Source of the DNA: Fidelibacterota bacterium
GTDB taxonomy: Bacteria > Fidelibacterota > Marinisomatia > Marinisomatales > Marinisomataceae
NCBI GenBank assembly: GCA_018672235.1
Contig: JABHGE010000034.1
Span: 1-59,318 of the forward strand
Direction: 5' to 3'
DNA: 59,318 nt
The notes under the pieces are model-generated. The model was not told the DNA's origin. It saw nothing but the letters and a program-made list of their open reading frames with translations, and ran no database searches. Shown here one piece after another: positions 29,592 through 36,499 of this stretch (positions within the stretch are counted from its first letter, which is position 1; the number at the start of each line of letters is the position of its first letter). A program made the position numbers and the translations under genes.

Positions 29592-29628
29592 TCTTAAACT
29601 CTTTGCTATATTTGTTTTCATCTATAAA

Positions 29629-29955
29629 TTGTATGCTATGAATAAATTTTGGGAAGATTTTAAAAATAACGTTTCTGAGTGGAGTGTAGTTGCTTCAGAA
29701 AAAGCAGAAGAATTTACTCACAACAGTAAATTGCGTATAGATATCCTGCAATTAGAAAGAAAACTTTCTAGCCTATATGTCAAGCTAGGTTTATATGTGT
29801 TCGTGAAAACTCAAGATAAGAATGTACTTAATTTTGTTGGAGATAAACGTTATATCGGATTAATTGAAAATATTGTAGAAATAAAAAAGAAGATTTCAGA
29901 CAAAAAAGAATCTATATATCATGATAATGAAGAAAAAAATAAAGAGAGCGAATAG
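29629..29955 (+). CDS. hypothetical coiled-coil protein
   Basis: 108-aa ORF directly after the ftsZ terminator and 4 nt before the M23 peptidase gene. It is charged and helical-looking. No recognisable motif. The start could be the Met 3 codons downstream. Confidence 0.45.
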   Translation: MYAMNKFWEDFKNNVSEWSVVASEKAEEFTHNSKLRIDILQLERKLSSLYVKLGLYVFVKTQDKNVLNFVGDKRYIGLIENIVEIKKKISDKKESIYHDNEEKNKESE

Positions 29956-29958
29956 AGA

Positions 29959-30855
29959 ATGATAAAGAAAAAATTCTTTTCATTTCAATACTTATCATCT
30001 GAAAGATTGCATCAAATCAATTTTTCAGTGCTTAATATATTCGCAAGTTTTACATGTGTTCTCATAGTCTTTATTAGTATTAATTATTATCTATCAATAG
30101 AATTTTCTAATCAATATTATCAGGATAAACTGCAAGAAACAGATGAAAAATATGCAAATGTATCCGAAGAACTTATCATAAAGATAGCAGAGCTTGAAAA
30201 AGAATTACTCTTAATTGAAGAAAGAGATAAAGAACTTAGAACCTATGCTGCAATTCCACCTCTCAGCGAAGATGTTAAGACTCAAGGTACTGGAGGTTCA
30301 GTAGAAGAGGTTTATACAGAAGATAAAGATGCTACTAGTATTTTGTTTCAGCTTAAAGATAAGATTGATTCCTTATCATATACTGTAAATCTTGAAAAGG
30401 ATAGTTATAATACTATTTTTAATAAAATTAAATCAAACGAAAAGATGTACTCACATGTTCCATCTATTAGTCCTGTAAATGCATATTTAGGATCTGGATA
30501 TGGCTATAGAACAGACCCGATAGACGGAAAAAGAAGGATGCATCGCGGATTAGACTTTGCTGTTAATCTGAATACAAACGTAGTCGCAACAGGAGATGGT
30601 GTCGTTACAAAAGCTCAGTATGATTCTGGCTGGGGTAGGTATGTTAAAGTTGATCATGGTTATGGCTATGAAACAATTTATGCGCATTTATATAAAATAA
30701 AAGTAAAAAAGGGTCAAAAAATTAAAAGAGGGGACTTAATTGGAAAGTCCGGTAACAGTGGAAGAGCAGCTGGTTTTCATTTACATTATGAAGTTCATAA
30801 AAATAAAAAAGTAGAAGATCCTGCAAAATATTTTTTCACAGGATATATAAAATAA
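29959..30855 (+). CDS. M23-family metallopeptidase with N-terminal TM and coiled-coil (EnvC/NlpD-like architecture)
   Basis: M23 (LytM-type) metal-ligand motifs HRGLDFA and HLHYEV, preceded by a TM helix and a coiled-coil. Confidence 0.85.
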   Translation: MIKKKFFSFQYLSSERLHQINFSVLNIFASFTCVLIVFISINYYLSIEFSNQYYQDKLQETDEKYANVSEELIIKIAELEKELLLIEERDKELRTYAAIPPLSEDVKTQGTGGSVEEVYTEDKDATSILFQLKDKIDSLSYTVNLEKDSYNTIFNKIKSNEKMYSHVPSISPVNAYLGSGYGYRTDPIDGKRRMHRGLDFAVNLNTNVVATGDGVVTKAQYDSGWGRYVKVDHGYGYETIYAHLYKIKVKKGQKIKRGDLIGKSGNSGRAAGFHLHYEVHKNKKVEDPAKYFFTGYIK

Positions 30856-32181
30856 ATGCAAACCCCTCCTATTAAAAAATTTGTCCTTGAGACTTATGGG
30901 TGCCAAATGAATACAGCTGATTCTGAGCTCGTTGAAGGCATATTATTAAAATTAGGCTTAGAGAAAACACAAGATCTTCATGAGGCAGATGCAATCTTTC
31001 TTAATACGTGTGCTATAAGAGAAAATGCAGAAGTTAAGGTTCATTCACGCTTAGGTAATCTCCGAAAAATAAAACAAGTAAAGCCAGAATTAATCATTGG
31101 AGTTCTTGGTTGTATGGCACAGAATCTTAAAGATGATTTATTAAAAAATAAACCATATGTAGATATTATTTTAGGCCCTGATTCTTATAGAAATATTCCA
31201 AAATTAATGAATAGACATCTCATAGAAAAAAAGAGTATTGTTGATACAAAATTATCAAAATATGAAGTATATGAAGATATGTTTCCAAGCAGAGGAGATA
31301 CTTTTAATGCATGGGTTTCTATCATGAGAGGTTGTGATAAATTTTGTTCTTTTTGTATAGTTCCTTTTACTAGAGGAAGAGAAAGAAGTAGAAGTGTTGA
31401 CAGTGTTGTTACGGAAGTAAAAAAAGCAGTAGACGAAGGTTATGTAGAAATCACTTTATTGGGACAAAATGTAAACTCTTATAAACATGAAAAGAAATCA
31501 TTTGCTGAGCTACTATTGGCAGTATCTGACATTCCTGGCGTTAAAAGAATTAGATACACATCCCCTCATCCACAAGATATCAATGTAGAATTATTAGAAG
31601 TAATGGCTTCTAGAGCTAATATTTGTAACTATGTACACTTTCCAATGCAATCAGGATCAAATGAAGTATTAAAGCGTATGAATAGAACCTATACAAGAGA
31701 ACACTTTTATTATATGGCTAAAAAAATTAGAGAGATTATGCCTAATTGCGGTTTATCTACAGATATTATTGTAGGATTTCCGGGCGAAACTGATGAACAA
31801 TTTAGAGAGACCTTAGACTTGATGGAGAAAATCAAATTTAATTCTGCTTACACTTTTAAATATTCTTCAAGACCATATACTAAGGCAGCTCAATTTTCAG
31901 ATCAACTTCCAAAACAGCTAAAGAAAGATAGATTGGATGAGATGCTTAAGCTACAAAGAAAACATACGCTTGAACTAAATATGAAAAAAGTTGGAAATTT
32001 TGAACAAGTTTTAATAGAAAAAGAAAGTAAAAAATCTGCAAATCATTGGGCCGGAAGAACCGATTCGAATGAATGGGTGATTGTGGAAAAAAATCATAGT
32101 AAAATTAAGGATATTATTCCAGTAGAGATTATAGAAGCTAGTGGTGTAATTTTACGTGGAAAAGAAATAACAGGAGCATAA
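30856..32181 (+). CDS. miaB: tRNA (i6A37) methylthiotransferase
   Basis: N-terminal ETYGCQMN, radical-SAM CDKFCSFCIVP, and a C-terminal TRAM domain. Confidence 0.93.
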   Translation: MQTPPIKKFVLETYGCQMNTADSELVEGILLKLGLEKTQDLHEADAIFLNTCAIRENAEVKVHSRLGNLRKIKQVKPELIIGVLGCMAQNLKDDLLKNKPYVDIILGPDSYRNIPKLMNRHLIEKKSIVDTKLSKYEVYEDMFPSRGDTFNAWVSIMRGCDKFCSFCIVPFTRGRERSRSVDSVVTEVKKAVDEGYVEITLLGQNVNSYKHEKKSFAELLLAVSDIPGVKRIRYTSPHPQDINVELLEVMASRANICNYVHFPMQSGSNEVLKRMNRTYTREHFYYMAKKIREIMPNCGLSTDIIVGFPGETDEQFRETLDLMEKIKFNSAYTFKYSSRPYTKAAQFSDQLPKQLKKDRLDEMLKLQRKHTLELNMKKVGNFEQVLIEKESKKSANHWAGRTDSNEWVIVEKNHSKIKDIIPVEIIEASGVILRGKEITGA

Positions 32182-32495
32182 TGTTTAGAATACTAAGAGT
32201 ATTATTTTTCTTAAGTTTTTTAGCTGGAACTTTTTTGCTATTCGATAGAAATAGCGAACCGATTGTAATATATTTTTTTAAAGATAATGGATACTCAATT
32301 CCAGGCTATTTAGCCTTCATCTTATTTACAATGATAGGTGTGATTGTAGGATATATTATATCACTCAAATCTGTCTTCTCTTATCGATCAGAAATATCAA
32401 AACTCGTCAAAACAAATAAAGATGTTTCAGAAGAGCTTGATAGTTTAAGAAATGTAGCTGTTGGCGAAGAGTTTAGTTTCACTGAAAAGGAGTAA
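32181..32495 (+). CDS. LapA-like (DUF1049) small inner-membrane protein
   Basis: 104 aa with two TM helices and an acidic coiled tail. Sits immediately upstream of a LapB homologue, as in E. coli lapA-lapB. Confidence 0.6.
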   Translation: MFRILRVLFFLSFLAGTFLLFDRNSEPIVIYFFKDNGYSIPGYLAFILFTMIGVIVGYIISLKSVFSYRSEISKLVKTNKDVSEELDSLRNVAVGEEFSFTEKE

Positions 32496-32497
32496 TT

Positions 32498-33547
32498 ATC
32501 CTTAATATTATCTACTTCCTTCTGATATTTATTGCAATCGCTGCTTTCTACTTCATCAACAGAAGACCATCACAACAACCAAGTGATATTGAAGTATATA
32601 ATCAGGCATTAAAAGCGATTATTGATAATAATCATAAGAAAGCATTTACAATCTTAAAAAATATCATCGCTAAAGATTCAAACAATACGGAGGCATACCT
32701 ACTATTAGGAAATCTTCTAAGAGATAAAGATATCAATCAGGCTACTAAGATTCATCAGACTATTATTATTAGACCAAAGTTATCAAAAGATTTAAAAATC
32801 CAGATTCATCAAGCGTTAGGTTTAGATTACTTGGAGCTTCGAAATACAGTCAGAGCAGAAGACGAATTCAAAAAAATATTAGATATAGATTCTAAAAATA
32901 AATGGTCTTTAGGCATGTTAAAGAATATCGCTACCGAAAATAAATCATGGGATGATGCGCTTGAATATGAAAAAAAGTTGATAAAATATTATCCTGAGAT
33001 TAAAAAAAGGGACGAATCTAAGCTCAATTATTTTATTGCTATGGACTATAAAGATAAAAAGAATAAAAAGAATTATCTGTATTACTTAAAAAAGAGTATT
33101 AAATCAGATTATATATATAGTGAATCTTATTTAGAGCTTTCTTCGCATTATATTGACAATGCAGATTTAGCTATGGAGTACCTTATTATGTTCTCGAAAT
33201 CAAATCCAAGTGCTAGCGTTACCGCATTTAAGAAAATTGAAAACCTCCTATTTGATGAAAAAAGATTTGATGATGTAGAGAGTTTGTATAAAAAAGTTTT
33301 AGATGACGAGTTTAATAGCTATGCTTTTAATCGATTAGTTGATATTCATCTTGAAAAAAGTGAAAAGGACGAAGCAATAGAGTTAGTAGAAAAGTTTATG
33401 CCAAAATTTGATTATCACTCAAAAAGCTCTAATAAATCATATGTTATAAGGCTTAATAGAATGAAAATAGATTCAGATAATTTTGATACAAGAAAAGCTT
33501 TATCGAGTTTTTGCAATGATATAATTCAAAATGAGAATATTAATTAG
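32498..33547 (+). CDS. lapB: LapB/YciM-like TPR protein with N-terminal TM anchor (start codon non-canonical or uncertain)
   Basis: The frame is open from 32486. The translated upstream part (ILNIIYFLLIFIAIAAFYFINRR...TEAYLLLGNLLRDKDINQATKIHQTIII...ALGLDYL...RAEDEFKKIL) aligns with E. coli LapB (…EAHLTLGNLFRSRGEVDRAIRIHQTL…QLGRDYM…RAEDMFNQL). The track ORF (TTG at 32831) therefore loses about 111 genuine codons. AAGGAG lies at 32487-32492. The C-terminal rubredoxin-like CxxC domain of E. coli LapB is absent. Confidence 0.75.
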   Translation: MLNIIYFLLIFIAIAAFYFINRRPSQQPSDIEVYNQALKAIIDNNHKKAFTILKNIIAKDSNNTEAYLLLGNLLRDKDINQATKIHQTIIIRPKLSKDLKIQIHQALGLDYLELRNTVRAEDEFKKILDIDSKNKWSLGMLKNIATENKSWDDALEYEKKLIKYYPEIKKRDESKLNYFIAMDYKDKKNKKNYLYYLKKSIKSDYIYSESYLELSSHYIDNADLAMEYLIMFSKSNPSASVTAFKKIENLLFDEKRFDDVESLYKKVLDDEFNSYAFNRLVDIHLEKSEKDEAIELVEKFMPKFDYHSKSSNKSYVIRLNRMKIDSDNFDTRKALSSFCNDIIQNENIN

Positions 33548-34175
33548 AACGATTGCTATATTAGTTTGTGCTCTAAATATGTTATTTAGCCAAACTACAG
33601 ATTCAGCAATACTTTATCAGGAAGCCCTCAGTGCTATAGATGCAGATAAAGCGTCTAAAATTTATGATAAGCTCATTAAGTCCAATGATAAATCTGACTA
33701 CTATTGGTTGTCGGTATTAAAAAAAGCTGAAATTAACTATGCTAGAGGTTCATATATTTCTGCATCTAGTTTATTCAAAGAGTTTAATGTAGAAGCTCCA
33801 AAACATTTAATAAATGATATCTCTAAAGATTTATTATTTAGATCGTTAGCTGCTGCAGGGCAAACAGATTCTTTAAAGGTTTATCAAAAAAAATTAAATA
33901 GTTCAGGATTCTCAAAAAAAACAAAAAAACCTTCTAAGAAAAATAATATATGGTTTGTTCAATTTGGTGCTTACAGTAAAAAAGAGAGTGCAAATATCTT
34001 AAAACAATCTTTGCTAGAAGATGGTTTGTTAAATATTCAGATTAGCCAAGTGATGAATAGAGGTAAAATGATCTATTATGTAAGGGGTAGTCATTTCAAG
34101 TCATATGCTTCAGTAGAAAAACAAGTAAAGAAACTGAAGAATAAGAATATCGATTTTATTATATCTGGATATTGA
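33531..34175 (+). CDS. secreted TPR-like/SPOR-domain protein
   Basis: Signal peptide and a helical repeat-like N-terminal half. The C-terminal IWFVQFGAYSKKESANILKQSL...YYVRGSHF pattern is typical of SPOR. Confidence 0.6.
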   Translation: MRILIRTIAILVCALNMLFSQTTDSAILYQEALSAIDADKASKIYDKLIKSNDKSDYYWLSVLKKAEINYARGSYISASSLFKEFNVEAPKHLINDISKDLLFRSLAAAGQTDSLKVYQKKLNSSGFSKKTKKPSKKNNIWFVQFGAYSKKESANILKQSLLEDGLLNIQISQVMNRGKMIYYVRGSHFKSYASVEKQVKKLKNKNIDFIISGY

Positions 34176-34179
34176 AGAT

Positions 34180-36021
34180 TTATTTCTTCGCTACTTTGTA
34201 TAATCCATAAATAATAGTTGCTATCAGAGCAAATCCTATCAAGTCATTGTAAGGAGAAGGAAGTGCGTATTCAGGCCAGAAATTTTTATCATAAAATAAA
34301 GGTATGGCAATAAATATAGCCATCAATGCTTCTCCTGTAATTAAACCTGAAGCTAGTAATAAGCCATTATTTTTACCTGAGTCAGAAGCGGTTTTTCCAG
34401 CAAAATGATTAAGCATTCCACCGATAAAAATAGGAAGAGTTAATTCAATAGGTAAATAAATTCCAATCGCAACTGCTAGTATAGGAACTCTGAACTCTGC
34501 TCCTCTGCGTAATTGATATTGATCAAGCATAATAATTAATATTCCTAATATTCCTCCAGCATAAATCATTCCCCATTCCAGATTGCCAGAGAATACGCCA
34601 TTTGCTACACTAGTCATAAGTACTGCTTGAGGGGCGGGTAAGTCTGAGCTTCCAATGCCATACGCTTCATGTAGTAGCGTTAAAACAATTCCAAGCGTTA
34701 GCGCAGAGCTAATAACACCAACTAACTGCATAAGTTGCTGTTTCCATGGTGTAGCACCAACAATATTACCCGTTTTAAGGTCTTGTAAGTTATCTCCACC
34801 AATTGCTGCAGCACAGCATACTACTGCACCAATAAGAATAGCAGCAGCTCCTCCCTTGGATGAGTCTACATCAAAGAAAGTAATAATTAATAATGAACTG
34901 AATAAGATTGTAGCAATAGTTACACCTGATATAGGATTATTCGAAGATCCTACTACTCCTGCCATATAAGCAGCAACAGCAGAGAATAGAAATCCAAAGA
35001 TACACATAATAATAGATAGTGTAATCGCAGAAGTCCAAGATGGAATAATATCAAAATATGTATACGATATAGGTATAAGCATTAATAGGATAGCTATAAA
35101 GACATAGTTAATAGGAAGATCTCTTTCTTCTAGCGGAACATCCTTAGCATTGTCGCCTAAAGTTTTTAGACTCAACTGAATACTTTCAACAAGAGGTTTT
35201 GCTAATTGAATAACAGACCAGATTCCACCAACTACCATTGCTCCAACACCTAAATAACGTATTTTTGCATTCCAAATAATGTTTGCACCTTCAAATAAAG
35301 AATCACCTTCATATCCATACAGATAAGAATAAATAGGAATTGCTACTACCCATGAGATTAATCCACCAGAAAAAGCAAGGATACCGATATTACGACCTAC
35401 GATATATCCCACACTAATAAGTGAAGGAGATAAGCTAGATCCCAATCCAAAAACAGCACCTCTAATAGCTACGGCTCCACCGATAGCACTAGACCAAATA
35501 CCAAATGCTAATTCTCCAAGCTTAACCACTCCTCCTACAACAGCAGATAGTCCAATTATTTTTAAGCTTTCACTCGATTTTTTGGCATCAGATTCATGTC
35601 CCGTTTTTAATACAGCGGCAGTTGCAACACCTTCAGGAAACTTTAAATTTGCTTTTAGAATTAATGCACGTCTTAATGGTACAGTAAATAATGCTCCCAA
35701 TATTCCACCCACCATAGCAATCTTCGTTACTTCCCAATAATCAATCGTATCCCAATAGCCTATCAATAATAAGGCAGGAATAGTGAAAATAACTCCAGCT
35801 GCTAATGATTCTCCAGCCGATGCTGCTGTTTGCACAATATTGTTCTCTAAAATATTTGATTCACGAAATAGTTTTAAGATTCCCATTGACATAATTGCGG
35901 CAGGAATAGAAGCAGAGATTGTCATACCTGCATATAAACCTAGATAGGCCATAGCAGAAGAAAGAACTATAGATAGAAGAATACTTAAAAAAAATGCTTT
36001 TACTGTTATCTCTTGTTTCAT
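34180..36021 (-). CDS. OPT-family oligopeptide transporter
   Basis: 613-aa polytopic membrane protein. The conserved bacterial OPT stretch FPEGVATAAVL and the overall pattern fit the family. Confidence 0.85.
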   Translation of the reverse strand: MKQEITVKAFFLSILLSIVLSSAMAYLGLYAGMTISASIPAAIMSMGILKLFRESNILENNIVQTAASAGESLAAGVIFTIPALLLIGYWDTIDYWEVTKIAMVGGILGALFTVPLRRALILKANLKFPEGVATAAVLKTGHESDAKKSSESLKIIGLSAVVGGVVKLGELAFGIWSSAIGGAVAIRGAVFGLGSSLSPSLISVGYIVGRNIGILAFSGGLISWVVAIPIYSYLYGYEGDSLFEGANIIWNAKIRYLGVGAMVVGGIWSVIQLAKPLVESIQLSLKTLGDNAKDVPLEERDLPINYVFIAILLMLIPISYTYFDIIPSWTSAITLSIIMCIFGFLFSAVAAYMAGVVGSSNNPISGVTIATILFSSLLIITFFDVDSSKGGAAAILIGAVVCCAAAIGGDNLQDLKTGNIVGATPWKQQLMQLVGVISSALTLGIVLTLLHEAYGIGSSDLPAPQAVLMTSVANGVFSGNLEWGMIYAGGILGILIIMLDQYQLRRGAEFRVPILAVAIGIYLPIELTLPIFIGGMLNHFAGKTASDSGKNNGLLLASGLITGEALMAIFIAIPLFYDKNFWPEYALPSPYNDLIGFALIATIIYGLYKVAKK

Positions 36022-36037
36022 AATTTCAACTTACAAA

Positions 36038-36113
36038 TTATTTAACAGGGGTGCAATTGCTGAGAACAAACCCTATGACTTGATCTAGATAATGCTAGCG
36101 TAAGGAAAAATAA
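36038..36113 (+). promoter_or_regulatory. TPP (THI-box) riboswitch
   Basis: GGGGTGC-AATTG-CTGAGA-ACAA-ACCC-TATGACTTGATCTAGATAATGCTAGCGTAAGGAA matches the THI-box core of E. coli thiM (GGGGUGC..CUGAGA..ACCC..CCUGAUCUGGAUAAUGCCAGCGUAGGGAA). P5 carries a compensatory change (CUAG/CUAG versus CUGG/CCAG) and P3 is minimal. A possible P1 is TTATTT (36038-43) with AAATAA (36108-13). The AAGGA Shine-Dalgarno-like element lies inside the aptamer 3' side. Confidence 0.85.
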
Positions 36114-36119
36114 AAAAAA

Positions 36120-36425
36120 ATGAAAAATAAATATATATCGTACTTAACGCTGATTGCAATGTTCTTTATGAGCATTCAAGTTTTTCATAAGCACGATTTA
36201 AATTTATTGCCTGAAGATGTATTTAGTCAAAATAGTGAATCGCTGATAAATGAAGAAGTGCATAAATGTGATTCGTGTCAATTAGGATATGCTAAATTTT
36301 TTATTACAGACAACACTTTCTTATTTAATGAAGTTTTTTCTAGTAATAATAACGCAGTTCAATCTGAATTATATTTCTATAAAGAAATTTATAGTATATC
36401 AAATAAGTCTCCACCTCTAGTTTAA
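36120..36425 (+). CDS. hypothetical small membrane-anchored Cys/His-motif protein
   Basis: 101 aa with an N-terminal TM (YLTLIAMFFMSIQVF) followed by HKHD, an HKCDSC motif, and C-terminal SPPLV. First ORF after the TPP riboswitch and upstream of the TonB-dependent receptor. Confidence 0.5.
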   Translation: MKNKYISYLTLIAMFFMSIQVFHKHDLNLLPEDVFSQNSESLINEEVHKCDSCQLGYAKFFITDNTFLFNEVFSSNNNAVQSELYFYKEIYSISNKSPPLV

Positions 36426-36499
36426 TAATTATACAATTATAATATTAATCGATACCTGTAAAGGTATCCAATTTATTAAACTCATTTAAGGAGAAAAAA

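Noticed and set aside
29592-29628. Possible promoter (TTGCTA ... TATAAA) for the post-ftsZ coiled-coil gene.
   Set aside because: The spacer between the hexamers is only about 14 nt. In DNA this AT-rich, such matches arise by chance.
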